DNA of 64,000 nt. Source: Eledone cirrhosa (Eukaryota). Below are positions 27,312-41,103 of this stretch, piece by piece (the first letter of the stretch is position 1; each line of letters opens with the position of its first letter). The stretch covers positions 26,350,001-26,414,000 of the forward strand of contig OZ024758.1 of the NCBI GenBank assembly GCA_964016885.1. The letters run 5' to 3'. The translations under genes were made by a program, and so were the position numbers. The notes beneath the pieces were generated by a model. It had not been told where the DNA came from. It did no database searches and saw nothing but the letters and a program-made list of their open reading frames with translations.

Positions 27312-29496
27312 ATGAAAATCACATATCTCATATATATTAGCACAACCAATGCTATCGTGGAAGATGGACGTTAAACGATGATGATGATGATGATGATGAT
27401 GATTAAACAATTTTATTGTATTTTAGTCATGCAACAAAAATATCTTAAATTGAATTTAATTGAAAAAGATATAGAAACTGTCAGACAACAAAATAGAGAG
27501 AAAAGGAATATTGACAGAGATATGAAAATGTCATGTCATTTAATTTGATATTTTCATAATTACATACCCCAACAAACTCATGATTACTTGTTATATATAT
27601 ATATATATATATATAAATTTCTGTGATTCTGTCAACATGTAAAGAGAGGGGAGTAGTTTGACTACCTCATACTACTCCCCTCTCTTTACATCTGCTGCCT
27701 GTGTGAATGTATGTGTGTGTGTGTGTGTGTGTAAAAGGCAGGAAGGGGGTGGTGAAAAAACTACAGCAAAATAGTGGCTGGTGTTTCATTTGCTATGCTG
27801 TGTATGTGTGTTTGTGTTTGTCTTTGTGTGAATGTATGTGTGTGTGTTTGTGTGAATGTATATGTGTGAGTGTATTTTTATGAGGTGCTTTTTATGTGAC
27901 TCATATATATATATATAGAGAGAGAGGTAGATAGATAGATAGATATAGATAGATACATGACGGACTTCTGCAGTTTCAATCTACCAAATTTCATATGGGT
28001 CCTCAATGTCATGCAGTGGGGATTGAACCCAGAACTACAATGGTTGCAAAGGAAACTTCTTTATCACACACATATGTCTGTGACTACGGCCACAATTATT
28101 TTTCATATTTAAATTATGATACTTTCAAAGTTATCAAGTTTAATCTAGATAACAAGACAGTTATAGGTTTGAACGAGTGTGAGATGAACGTTTCAAAGTT
28201 ATCAAGTTTAAGCCACTAACTATATTCAAACTTCTTTGATGTTTGAAAGATTTATAATAGATATATTTTATGATATATATCTATTAGATTATTAAGATAA
28301 CATAATAGTATTATTAAGATTTCTTGATATATGAAAAAGTAATAACATTGGAAGTTGAAAATTAAGGTATCGTCAGTCTATCATCTTTTCAAGAAAAGAA
28401 TTTAGACAGAATTTCAAGTTTGTAAATTTGATTACTATCTAATCTATTTAATGGACATTTTTCTTTTTATTATTCCAAAATTTTCAGTATACTTTCTTCT
28501 CGTTGTTTGAGGTTGTGGATTGGTAGAATCTACTAATATGTGTATTTGTCCATCACACACTAGAGATGACTGAGGAAGGACGGGGTGAGTTTGTGTATTT
28601 GTATCACTTGTGTGAGTGAGCACAAAGGAACCGACCACCAAACCAACAAACCAACAAACATCTCTTTTTTATATTATGTATAGATATTACAATCAGCCAT
28701 CATTTTTTATGGCATGGGCCAGCTAGTCTCTCTCTATATATATATTTGAATGACTTCTGTCTGTCAAACAATGTCTCTGTGTGTGTTTGTGTGAATGTAT
28801 GTCTGTGAGTGTGTATTTTTGTGTGTCTGTGTTTGCGTGTTTATATTTATATACTCACACATTTAAATGCTTTTTTTTCTACTTAGGTCAAAGTACCAGT
28901 CAAATAAAGGGGTTAATTTCAGTGACAGTTCCACCAGCCAAAGTTGAGGCCTCGTGCCTATGTCAAAAGATCAATATTATGTGTATATAAAGTACCATAG
29001 ATAAAATAAAGTACCAGTAATACACTGGGATAATTGCTGGCCTTGTGCCAAATGTAGAAACAATATTCTGTGTATATATATTTTAAGTGTGTATTATGTA
29101 TATATATTTTTGTCTTGCTTAAGGAAATAACACATCACCTGGTCTGAGAAATGTGAGTTCAATTCTCAGACCGGGTGATGTGTTGTTTCCTTGAGCAAGA
29201 CACTTTATTTCACATTGCTCCAGTTTACTCAGCTGTAGAAATGAGATGATAGGGACTGGGGTCCCTATCATTCCACTGCAAAGTGGTTGTGGAGGTGCCA
29301 CGGAAAAAAAGCACCCAGCCCACACTGTAAAGTGGACATGTAGGTGCCACGGAAAAAAAACACCCAGCACTCACTGTAAATGAGGTTGGTGTTAGGAAGG
29401 GCATCCAGCTGTAGAGATCAAGCCAGAATCAGTTCCCGTCCCACCCTTGCAAGCAGGGAAAAAGGGGACATAAAATGATGATGATGATGATGATGA

Positions 29497-30275
29497 TGTT
29501 AAGTGTGTATTATGTATATATATATATGTGTTAAGTGTGTATTATGTATATATATATATGTGTTAAGTGTGTATTATGTATATATATATATGTTAAGTGT
29601 GTATTATGTAGCACTGGGTAATTGCTGGCCTTGTGCCTAAAGTAGAAACAATTATGTATATAAGGGTCGGACGCCATGCTTTCCAGCATAGTTACGTCCC
29701 TTTACGATCTGAGTTCAAATCCCGCCGAGGTTAACTTTGCCTTTCATCCTTACGGGGTCGATAAAATAAAGTACCAGTAATGTACTGGGTAATTGCTGGC
29801 CTTGTGCCAAAAGTAGAAACAATTATGTATATATATATATATATGTTAAGTGTGTATTATGTATATATATATATGTGTGTTAAGTGTGTATAATGTATAT
29901 ATATTTATGTGTTAAATGTGTATTATGTATATATATATGTTAAGTGTGTATTATGTATATATATATATATGTGTTAAGTGTGTATTATGTATATATATAT
30001 ATGTGTTAAGTGTGTATTATGTATATATATATGTGTTAAGTGTGTATTATGTATATATATATATGTGTGTTAAGTGTGTATTATGTATATATATATGTGT
30101 TAAGTGTGTATTATGTATATATATGTGTTAAGTGTGTATAATGTATATATATATATGTGTTAAGTGTGTATTATGTATATATATATGTGTTAAGTGTGTA
30201 TAATGTATATATATATATGTGTTAAGTGTGTATAATGTATATATATATATATGTGTTAAGTGTGTATAATGTATA
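29497..30275. repeat. ~30-bp minisatellite (gttaagtgtgtattatg + (TA)n) with S2 SINE pieces at 29610-29825
   Basis: Direct reading. Confidence 0.9.
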
Positions 30276-30429
30276 AGCACTGTATGTAAAATATATGAAG
30301 CGTATATTTATATAGACAACTGTGAGAAGGTGAGTTTGAGAGAGTATGTGTGTGCGTGTACATGCGTATGTAACTGTGTGTGTGTGAGAGTGTGTGTATG
30401 TGTGTGTAACTATGTTTTTGTGTGTGGGA

Positions 30430-30661
30430 GAGAGAGAAAGAGTGTATGTGTGTGTGCATGTGCAACTCTGTGTGTGTGTATGAGAGAGAGAGAGAGTGAG
30501 TGAGTGAGAGAGAATGAGTATGTGTATGTATAACTCTGTGTGAGTGCATGTGTAACTGTGTGTGTGTGTATGAGAGAGAGAGAGAGAGTGAGTGAGTGAG
30601 AGAATGAGTATGTGTATGTATAACTCTGTGTGAGTGCATGTGTAACTGTGTGTGTGTGTGT

Positions 30662-30694
<33 letters not shown>

Positions 30695-31228
30695 TGAGTG
30701 AGTGAGTGAGAGAGAATGAGTATGTGTATGTATAACTCTGTGTGAGTGCATGTGTAACTGTGTGTGTGTGAGAGAGAGAGAGAGAGAGTGAGTGAGTGAG
30801 AGAGAATGAGTATGTGTATGTATAACTCTGTGTGAGTGCATGTGTAACTGTGTGTGTGCATGTGTAACTGTGTGTGTGTGTATGAGAGAGAGAGAGAGAG
30901 AGAGAGAGTGAGTGAGAGAGAATGAGTATGTGTATGTATAACTCTGTGTGAGTGCATGTGCAACTGTGTGTGTGTGAGAGAGAGAGTGAGTGAGTGAGAG
31001 AGAATGAGTATGTGTATGTATAACTCTGTGTGAGTGCATGTGTAACTGTGTATGTGTATGAGAGAGAGAGAGAGAGTGAGTGAGAGAGAATGAGTATGTG
31101 TATGTATAACTCTGTGTGTGTGCATGTGTAACTGTGTGTGTGTGTGTATGAGAGAGAGAGAGAGAGAGTGAGTGAGTGAGAGAGAATGAGTATGTGTATG
31201 TATAACTCTGTGTGAGTGCATGTGTAAC

Positions 31229-31266
<38 letters not shown>

Positions 31267-31496
31267 TGAGTGAGTGAGAGAGAATGAGTATGTGTATGTA
31301 TAACTCTGTGTGAGTGCATGTGTAACTGTGTGTGTGTATGAGAGAGAGAGAGAGTGAGTGAGTGAGAGAGAATGAGTATGTGTATGTATAACTCTGTGTG
31401 AGTGCATGTGTAACTGTGTGTGTATGAGAGAGAGAGAGAGAGTGAGTGAGTGAGTGAGAGAGAATGAGTATGTGTATGTATAACTCTGTGTGAGTG

Positions 31497-31585
<89 letters not shown>
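30430..31585. repeat. Composite ~80-95-bp satellite built from (TG)n, (AG)n and (TGAG)n plus fixed core aatgagtatgtgtatgtataactctgtgtgagtgcatgtgtaactg
   Basis: About 12 units, read directly. Confidence 0.92.
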
Positions 31586-33031
31586 AACAAGATTTGTAAA
31601 AGAATTCCAAAAGCTATCAATAAAGTAAAACTGAAGCCTGAAATCTGATCCAGTGACCCTAGTAAATATTTTACAGCTAACTTTATCTGGTTACCATGTA
31701 AAGCTACAAAATCATATATCCATTCTCTTACATCACTAGTTGACATTTTCACTTGTCCCACTTCCTTTTATACAAATTCACTACAAAAACACACTTTTTT
31801 TTTTTTTATCTCCACAACAACAGAATCCTCTTTTTTTTGTTAATCTTTTGTAGAATCTTTCTCAACTACAACTGGAACACAAATAATTCTACAGATGTTA
31901 CCAACATAAAAACTGTTACTATCTTCAACACTACTACTTTACTTTTCAGCTCAAACTTATTGCCATATTGCTATGTATTTCTCTCTTTACAGACTTGTTT
32001 GTACCTATGAACCCACTAACACATAGGTTATTTTATGCATTTTATTTATATCATCATTTCATCATCATTTCATTTTTACGTCCGCTTTTTCCCTGCTTGC
32101 AAGGGTGGGACGGGAACTGATGCTGGCTTGATTTCTACAGCTGGATGCCCTTCCTAACACCAACCTCATTTACAGTGAGTGCTGGGTGCTTTTTTGCCGT
32201 GGCACCTCCACGACCACTTTGCAGTGGAATGATAGGGACCCCAGTCCCTGTCATCTCATTTCTACAGCTGAGTAAACTGGAGCAATGTGAAATAAAGTGT
32301 CTTGCTCAAGGAAACAACACATCACCCGGTCTGAGAATTGAACTCACAACCTTTCGATTGCAAGGCCAATGCTCTAACCACTAAGCCATGTGCCTCCATA
32401 TATACTATTATAAAGATTATGTACTTAGAATCCTCAGAGAAGAAACATACCTAACTTTAGTCACTACCTTAAATTTATAACGAAAGGCCTTCAAAATGTT
32501 TTTAAATAAACGTACAGTATATTATTAATTATACAATATGTACATTCATATATACATCCCTATTTCAGAGCACCAACACAAATATATATGTATATATATC
32601 ATCATCACCATCATCACCGTTTTTTACGTCCGTTCTTCCACGCTAGCATGGGTTAGACAGGTTGTCCTGTTGTGGGCAGTGTCCGGTCGACTGACCTTGT
32701 CTTGCTCTTACCGGAACTGATTCTGGCTTGATAGCTGGATGCCCTTCCTAACACCAACCTCATTTACAGTGAGTGCTGGGTGCTTTTTTTCCGTGGCGCC
32801 TACATGTCCACTTTACAGTGAGGACTGGGTGCTTTTTTGCCGTGGCACCTCCACGACCACTTTGCAGTGGAATGATAGGGACCCCAGTCCTATCATCTCA
32901 TTTCTACAGCTGAGTAAACTGGAGCAATGTGAAATAAAGTGTCTTGCTCAAGGAAACAACACATCAGTTGGTCCGAGATATATATATATATATAAAGAAG
33001 AAATTAAAAGATGGTTAAAAAAGTTCCATAT

Positions 33032-33098
33032 ATTTTATTAGGCGCATTTCGAAAATAACATCATCCTGGGACAAAATTGTGTTCTCATCAGATAAAAT
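33032..33098 (-). ncRNA. Minimal type-I hammerhead motif in element ~33000-33255
   Basis: AUUUUAU-CUGAUGA-GAA...UUC-GAAA-UGCGCC-UA/AUAAAAU; 7-bp stem I; stem III has one mismatch relative to a UGCGCA palindrome. Confidence 0.7.
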
Positions 33099-33252
33099 AA
33101 GGTAACATATGAGGCCTAAAAATACTTGTGAATAAAAAAAGTATCCAGTCAACATATATTCTTTATATATACTCCAGTTCTACCAACTGTTGAGTGCTAC
33201 TTATCTGATATATGTATAGTTTTATTGTTCTACAATATTACTCACCTCCTAC

Positions 33253-33287
<35 letters not shown>

Positions 33288-33417
33288 ACAGTATGTCCCC
33301 CAAAAATATATACACACTTCAACAGCATTCTGATGTGTATGCATTTTGGGGGGATTCCCTGTATGTGTATGTATATATGTATGTATATATGTATGTGTGT
33401 GTGTGTATATATGTATG

Positions 33418-33503
<86 letters not shown>

Positions 33504-33867
33504 GGGTACAAGCTGAAGCATATAGACAATATGCCCCCATCCCGTCCCACTGTAAAGTGGTCGTGGAGGTGCCATGGCAAAAAAGCACCCAGCACTCACT
33601 GTAAATGAGGTTGGTGTTAGGAAGGGCATCCAGCTGTAGAAATCAAGCCAGAATCAGTTCCTGTATGAGCAAGGCATGGTCAGCCGACCAGACACTGCCC
33701 ACAACAGGACAACCCGTCTAACCCATGCTAGCATGGAAGAACGGACGTAAAATGGTGATGATGATATATGAATCTAGTAAGATATCCATTCTCAGATGAG
33801 TTTGTTAAACCAGTAAGTTGTGAGGATTGGTTATCTGGTAGAGCACTAAATCCGAAGGACAAGTTGT

Positions 33868-34005
33868 GATATATAGTTATTTATTACACTAACAGGCTTA
33901 CTGGAGAGGTGTTTCATTGATATTGTCAACTCATTAATCCAGACTGATGAATTGAAACATGTGTCTCTGGTAAGCCAGATCTTTTAGTGTTATAAATAAC
34001 TATAT
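33868..34005. mobile_element. Degenerate fold-back hammerhead element
   Basis: Plus arm CCAGA-CTGATGA-att-GAAA-CATGTG-TC/TCTGG (stem II deleted); minus arm keeps stem II GTTGA/TCAAT but has a mutated core; outer arms are inverted. Confidence 0.6.
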
Positions 34006-34399
34006 GTGTGTGTGTGTATGATGGCTGCCCCCTCGTTATCAAGTATGCCCATTGCACGAATAACCATTATTAATTATTATTAATTAATTCTATCGTGCAA
34101 TGCCCGTGCGTGAAGATATTTTTTAAAGTGAGGAAAGACTGTGCACTGAACCAATCCCACTCTCTGAGCGACAGTAGCTATAACACGAAAAGAAGAAAAG
34201 ATCAACATCATCGGTAACTACTGAGCTGCAGGTTTTATATCGGAGTTATCCCAGTTTCCTGAGTTGCCTTCTAGAAGAATGCCCTGACAAAGGCTAGGGG
34301 TCCTTCACTCACAGTGGTTTAACCGTGCGGTACATGTGTATATATATATTTACACACTTTTGGATGGCCGTTGACTCTCATGAGTTCTTCCGCCCTTTG

Positions 34400-34449
<50 letters not shown>

Positions 34450-34699
34450 CATACATACATACACTCACACACATATAGTATACACACGTGTGTGTGTACT
34501 ATATACCTCACTTTTTTAATGAGCTACACTGCAAATAGTGATACAGTGTCTTAGCATCCCAAACCATAAAGACATCCAGATGACAGCTGATGAGTGAGTA
34601 ATCAGAGCTTTCAATGTCCTTCGTTTTGTCCACTGTGTTGCCCCAACATGGCCACAGTCTACATTTTTGAAACCAGTAAAACAGTAATATATACATATA

Positions 34700-35345
34700 C
34701 GCTATAGAAGTGGTGGATAGCTTCCGGTACCTAGGAGATCAGATTAGCATGGGAGGAGGGTGTTCTCCGAGGCCATAGTATCTAGAATAAGGACGGGTTG
34801 GAAGAAGTTTAGGGAGCTGCTTCCTCTGTTGACGAAGAAGGGTTTCTCCCTGCGTACGAAAGGCCGGTTGTATGATGCCTGTGTGAGGAGCGGGATGCTG
34901 CATGGTAGTGAGACATGGGCAGCAACCGCAGAGGATATGCAACGGCTGGAGAGAAATGAGGCAAGCATGCTCCGTTGGATGTGCAGTGTAAATGTGCGTG
35001 AACGACCCAGCATAAATGTGTTGAGAGAGAAACTGTGTCTGAGAGGGATAGAATGTAGTGTACGGGAGAGGAGACTGAGGTGGTATGGACATGTGATGCG
35101 CATGGAGGATGACCGATGGGTGAAGAAGTGCCAGGAAATGCCAGTTGAAGGAAGACGTGGTAGAGGTAGACCACTAAAAACATGGGCGGAGGTGGTGAGA
35201 ACAGACCTCAGATCATTGAAGCTCACGGTGGAGATGACGAGGGACCGTGACGAGTGGAGAGATGCTGTGCTGAATAAGACCCGTCCCACCCTTGCAAGCA
35301 GGGAAAAGCGGACGTAAAATGATGATGATGATGATGATGATGATG
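34700..35345 (+). mobile_element. RTE LINE 3' ~650 bp (family A), open frame
   Basis: VVDSFRYLGDQIS...SRIRTGWKKFRELLPLL...KGRLYDACVRSGMLHGSETWA...RLRWYGHVMRM...KTW; (ATG)n tail. Confidence 0.95.
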
Positions 35346-35483
35346 ATACACATATACACACACAGTTGGATCAGCAGATATGGACCTGTATTAAGCTTGA
35401 TTACCCTTCCTAACACCAACCCCATTACAGTGTGGACTGAATGCTGTTTGTCATGTCAGCAAAACAACCACATAGCGTGCGTG

Positions 35484-35514
<31 letters not shown>

Positions 35515-35706
35515 CAGGTTCAATTGGGGCTAACCACAGTAAGTAAGGTACTCAATACATAGTAGAGTATATACAATATTTAATATAGAAATGTCTTCTA
35601 CAGGACTAGAATTGTTTCATATGAAGGAAATCATCAGGAAAGCCTGATGATTACCTTTGAATGAAACAGTTTTAGTCCTGTATAAGCCATTTCTATATTA
35701 AATATT
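35515..35706. mobile_element. Fold-back hammerhead element (family of 17720-17875)
   Basis: Inverted arms 35575-35638 and 35643-35706; CTGATGA...GAAACA...CTGTA on both strands. Confidence 0.65.
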
Positions 35707-35938
35707 ATATATATATATATATACATATCTATCTAAGGCGGGTAAAATTCCCGAGATCCATGGACGAGTTCTCTCCAGTGGTCAGTGTAATTAGGGGCTC
35801 TAACCCTAGTGCTGGTAGATCGACTCTCCAAAAATATACGGTAGTGTCCAATCCGTATGAAGAACTCAATGTAATCCAAATATCATGAAAAGAGATGTAT
35901 TCAAACATTTTTTCGATCACAGGAAAACAGAGTCAAGA

Positions 35939-37319
35939 TAAATTAATAAAAACAATGAATAAAAACAAAGAAACAGTTCCTTATATTAAAAAATTCATCA
36001 TTTTACGATCGTTTCTAGGATATATATGTGTGTGTTGGTATGTATATCATATAGATCTATGTAAAAATATTACATTCAGAGGGAATATACATACCTACAC
36101 ATATATATGCTATCTTCAGAAATAATTGTTTATAATTTTTGGCACAAGGCCAGCAATTACCCAGTACATTACTGGTACTTTATTTTATCGACCCCCGTAA
36201 GGATGAAAGGCAAAGTTAACCTCGGCGGGATTTGAACGCAATCCGTAAAGGGACGTAACTGTGCTGCAAAGCATGGCGTCCGACCCTCTACTGATACTGC
36301 CAATCCACCCAGAAATAATTGTTTCTACATTTGGCACAAGGCCAGCAATTATCCAGTACATTACTGGTACTTTATTTTATCGACCCCGTAAGGATGAAAG
36401 GCAAAGTTAACCTCGGCGGGATTTGAACTCAGATCGTAAAGGGACGTAACTATGCTGGAAAGCATGGCGTCCGACTCTCTACCTATACTGCCAATCCACC
36501 GCCCTATACTGCCAATCCACCCAGAAATAATGATATTTGTTTATTGTAAAAAACCAACAAAGATTTAATATAATAGGTCTGTTTGGGAACAGGTTTTGAA
36601 TTGACCAATAGAAGAGTAGTAAGTGGTCAAGTTGATAGAATAGAAGTAGTAGAAATTTAATTTAGGGGTAGAGGAATGCAGACTTAAATTTTGAATGGAA
36701 AGAATACTTTGAATGAAAAGATTACTTTGGGGATGAAAAGAGGTCAAGCCGGTGAAAGGTACACGAAAATTTGATGTTATTAAAGAATAATGCTAATGTT
36801 AAAATTGAAGGAGAATAAAATTTTAGGGTAAATGTGTTAGTGAGAAATACCAATCTTATTTAAAACACAAGGAATTTAGATCTATAACAAGAAATTAAAT
36901 TAATTTAATTGATAGGTATACTTATGGGGATAAATTTATATTAATTCATATAGATGTGATAAATAAGAGTTAGATGTTATTAAAGAATGTTAAAAACGAA
37001 GGAAAAAAATTTTTGGGGGATAAATGTATTAGTGAGAAATACCAAACTTATATAGACTACAAGGAATTTAGATTCATAACAGGAAATTAAAATTATTTGT
37101 TTTTTTTTTTTCAATAAACAAATATCATTATTTCTGAAGACAGCATATATATGTGTAGGTATGTATATTCCCTCTGATAGTTTGTAAATTTTTTACATAG
37201 ATCTATATGATATACATACCAACACACACATATATATCCTAGAAACGATCGTAAAATGATGAATTTTTTAATATAAGGAACTGTTTCTTTGTTTTTATTC
37301 ATTGTTTTTATTAATTTAT
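35939..37319. mobile_element. Element with ~200-bp inverted termini; left arm interrupted by two S2 SINEs (36124-36520)
   Basis: 35939-36126 plus 36530-36546 mirror 37112-37319; internal ~190-bp direct duplication; identical peptide prefixes in ORFs 35895(+) and 37302(-). Confidence 0.8.
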
Positions 37320-37424
37320 ATATATATATATATATATATTAAAATAACAGATTAAAGTTTAAGCAAAGAATCTTTGGATTTTAGTCTTCAAATTTATTAT
37401 TATTACTATTATTATTATTATTAT

Positions 37425-37469
<45 letters not shown>

Positions 37470-37599
37470 AATTCTAGTACAGCATTAACGAAGCCTTAGT
37501 TTGCGACCAAGCTAACGAATGTAAATTCGTTATGTAGCTTTAGCACTCGAATGGGAATAGTACCCCAGAGTAATAACAATACGTTTAGACAGCTTAGCA

Positions 37600-37637
<38 letters not shown>

Positions 37638-38232
37638 AGGGGAGGGGTGAGAGTAGTGTGGAAATATTTGGCATTAAACAAGGAATAAAGTGTCCATGTA
37701 ACGTATTTTCCTTCACATAAAATTAATTTGATAATCAGATGCTAACCTCTCAGTAAATATAACTTTATTTTCATTCTTCTTTATGAAATTATAAAACTCT
37801 AACTTCTCTTTTCTTCTTCAAGGTATTTGAGTTAATAAAAATATTGGTCAAACATATAATCTGCAATGCTATCACTCTTTTCCATGATATGCCATTTTAA
37901 GTTGATATATATGGTATTATATGTATCATTTCAGCCAGACCTCTACTTAAGGATAGGATAAAGATTCCATAACTCCTTGTGGAATAGTAGAGGCACCATC
38001 ATACAGTATGTCTAGGGTGTGTCTAGATTTTTTTTCTATAGAGAAAGAATCGACCCCAGTACTGGACTGGTACTTTTTTTTTATCAACATCGAAAGGATG
38101 AAAGGCAAAGTTGACCCTGGCGGGATTCGAACTCAGAGCGTGCAATGAGGTGGGACGAATACCATAAGACATTCTATCCGACGCCTTAACGACTCTGCCA
38201 ATTCACCACCTATTAGACCTCTACTTACTTAC

Positions 38233-38327
38233 AAGCTAAATTCTGGCATAATATATACAGGATCTTCTCAGCTAGAGTAGAGTTAATAATCATGGCTCTT
38301 CTTAAGTTTCTGTTTGCATTTTGAAGT
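38233..38327 (-). CDS. Candidate internal exon (LQNANRNLRRAMIINSTLAEKILYILCQNLA)
   Basis: cttttatcag acceptor, gtaagt donor, only one open frame, non-repetitive sequence. Confidence 0.35.
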
Positions 38328-39376
38328 CTGATAAAAGTATCTTTCTCTTTTCCACTTTGATGTGGAGTATGTTGCTGCAAGATCATGCAATCTCTCACCA
38401 CATGCAATATTTTTTTAGTTTAATTCACACCAATTATGTCAACAGTAGATATCTTTCATCTTTCTGTTTATTCAACATTAATCCATTCATATTTCCTTTA
38501 ACATCAAACTTATTTCTTCATACATAATTACTTCTTGCTTTCTAAGCCCTCGAGTGCACGTACATGCATGTGTGCACAGGGTTTCCATAATTTCTTATCT
38601 AATAACAACAAAATTACATAGGATATATAAACAGTACAGTCTACTAAGATCTGAAGACTGCAAAGACAGTCAATTGTCAGTGACCTAAGTAGGTTATCTG
38701 TTTTCTCTATCATCCTAAGTAGATATGGCATAATTTGTACTATTTAATGAAAAGAAAGATTTTTGCCAAGATCAATAGATAATATTAGTTCGCTCTGGAA
38801 TCATAAAAGCATCTCGTTATTGTTTTTAAAGCTGCCATAATAATAAAAGCTTCGTAATAACCAGCCAGAATTGAACAGTTTTAATGACAATTCCGCACTA
38901 ATGGTTGGTGTAAGGAGATTACCACATGTACCCATGTATAAGTCACACCGTTTCCCACAAAAATATGACATGAAAAACCAGCATGCGGCTTATCCACTGG
39001 ATCTACAAAACTTCAATTCAAAATATACGGTACATTGTAAAAGTATGTAAAATGGAGATGGAGTCTCTCTCTCTATCTGTGTGACATATACATAAGTATA
39101 TATAGTATACAATTACTATTAAGTCCACAAAATCAAAGAGGTTCATAAATGGAGATGCCGTCTCTCTCTCTATCTGTGACATATCTATCTATCTAAGGCG
39201 GGTAAAATTCCCGAGATCCATGGACGGGTTCTCTCCAGCGATCTCTGTCCCTCATTATCGCTGCCATGTCCTGCGTCTCCAACAGACCAGTGTCTGCCCT
39301 TAGGGCATCAACATACGTTAACCTTGGTCTTCCTCTTCCAGTGTGTCCATGAGTATATCTAAGTATAAAGTTTGTC

Positions 39377-39965
39377 TTAACCCTTTAGTGTTCAAACCGG
39401 CCCAAACCAGCCAGAATTCTCTACCTCTTTCTGTTGAAACTGGTTGTAACTGGCCACTCATACTGATGTTAAGGTATTGTTCTCAAAATAAATACTTTCA
39501 AAATCTCATACATTCGATATTATGTGAGATAATTATGTGAGGTAAAGCCTTTACCATGAAAATATAATAGTATATATAGAGTAATGTGAATGTTATGTGA
39601 GATAATTATGTGAGGTAAAGCCTTTACCATGAAAATATAATAGTATATATAGAGTAATGTGAATGTTATGTGAGATATTATGGGAGGTAAAACCTTTACC
39701 ATGAAAATATAATAGTATATATAGAGTAATGTAAATGTTATGTGAGATAATTATGTGAGGTAAAGCCTTTACCATGAAAATATAATAGTATATATAGAGT
39801 AATGTAAATGTTATGTGAGATATTATGGGAGGTAAAACCTTTACCATGAAAATATAATAGTATATATAGAGTAATGTGAATGTTATGTGAGATATTATGT
39901 GAGGTAAAGCCTTTACCCTGAAAATATAATAGTATATATAGAGTAATGTGAATGTTAAAGGGTTA
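39377..39965. mobile_element. piggyBac-type MITE with a 72/73-bp internal expansion (about 6 units)
   Basis: Same unit and junction as 7700-8497. Confidence 0.85.
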
Positions 39966-41103
39966 CGCCAGAAGGCTCTTTAGGCCGGTGCTTATCTCAG
40001 TTTCGTGGCATGAAACTGAGAGTACAAAACTCGCCCCTGGACAGGACACCAGTCCATCACAGGGTTAAACCCCCAGCTATTGCTGGTACTCAGCTGAGTA
40101 TACTGGAGCAACGTGAAATGAAGTATTTTGCTCAAAAACACATCACACAACCGAGTCCAGGAATCAAACCCTCGACATTATGATCGTAAGTCCAACACCC
40201 TTACCACTAGGCCACACACCTCCATGTATATGAGATATGCAGACATAAAAAACTAGCATTTATATATATATAATGGTATCTTATGTAGGCACAATGCCTA
40301 AATTGACCACCGTGCATTACTGGTACTTTATTTTATCAACCCTGTAAAGATGAAAGGCAAAGCTAACCTCGGCAGGATTTGAATCCAGAACATAAAGGGC
40401 CGTAACTCTATGCTGTACAGCATGTTGTTCGATACTATGTATCATCATCATCATCACCGTTTTACGTCCGTTCTTCCACGCTAGCATGGGTTAGACGGGT
40501 TGTCCTGTTGTGGGCAGTGTCTGGTCGGCTGACCATGCCTTGCTCATACAGGAACTGATTTGGCTTGATCTCTACAGCTGGATGCCCTTCCTAACACCAA
40601 CCTCATTTACAGTGAGTGCTGGGTGCTTTTTAGTGACGCCTACACGTCCACTTTACAGTGTGGGCTGGGTGCTTTTTTGCCGTGGCACCTCCACGACCAC
40701 CTTGCAGTTGGAGGGTGTGGGGGCATATTGTCTACATGCTTCAGCTTGTACCCATGGGAGGTCGGGTACTCTGTATTACTGTGTGACGCCAGAGGTCACG
40801 GTCGTGTGTCATCACCTTTGAGAGGTGTAATTGGTATATATAATATATCTAAATTATGTACTTTATTTTGATGTTTAATAATAGACTTCATCATACCTAT
40901 ACTCTTTTACTCTTTTACCTGTTCCAGCCATCCAGCTGAGGCCATGCTGGGGCACTGCCCTACATATACTGACTAACTACATTAAAATATAAATACCCAT
41001 AGCACACACATCTGCAAACAGACGTGTACACACACACAACTGACAACAACACACATACACACACATATGATGCATCACATTGATATATGAATGGACATAC
41101 AAA

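Noticed and set aside
28444-28641. 65-aa minus-strand ORF as a terminal exon
   Set aside because: No good upstream acceptor and no recognisable similarity.
30430-31585. CRISPR-like pattern of a constant core with variable spacers
   Set aside because: Spacers are only variable-length dinucleotide runs, there are no cas genes and the context is eukaryotic.
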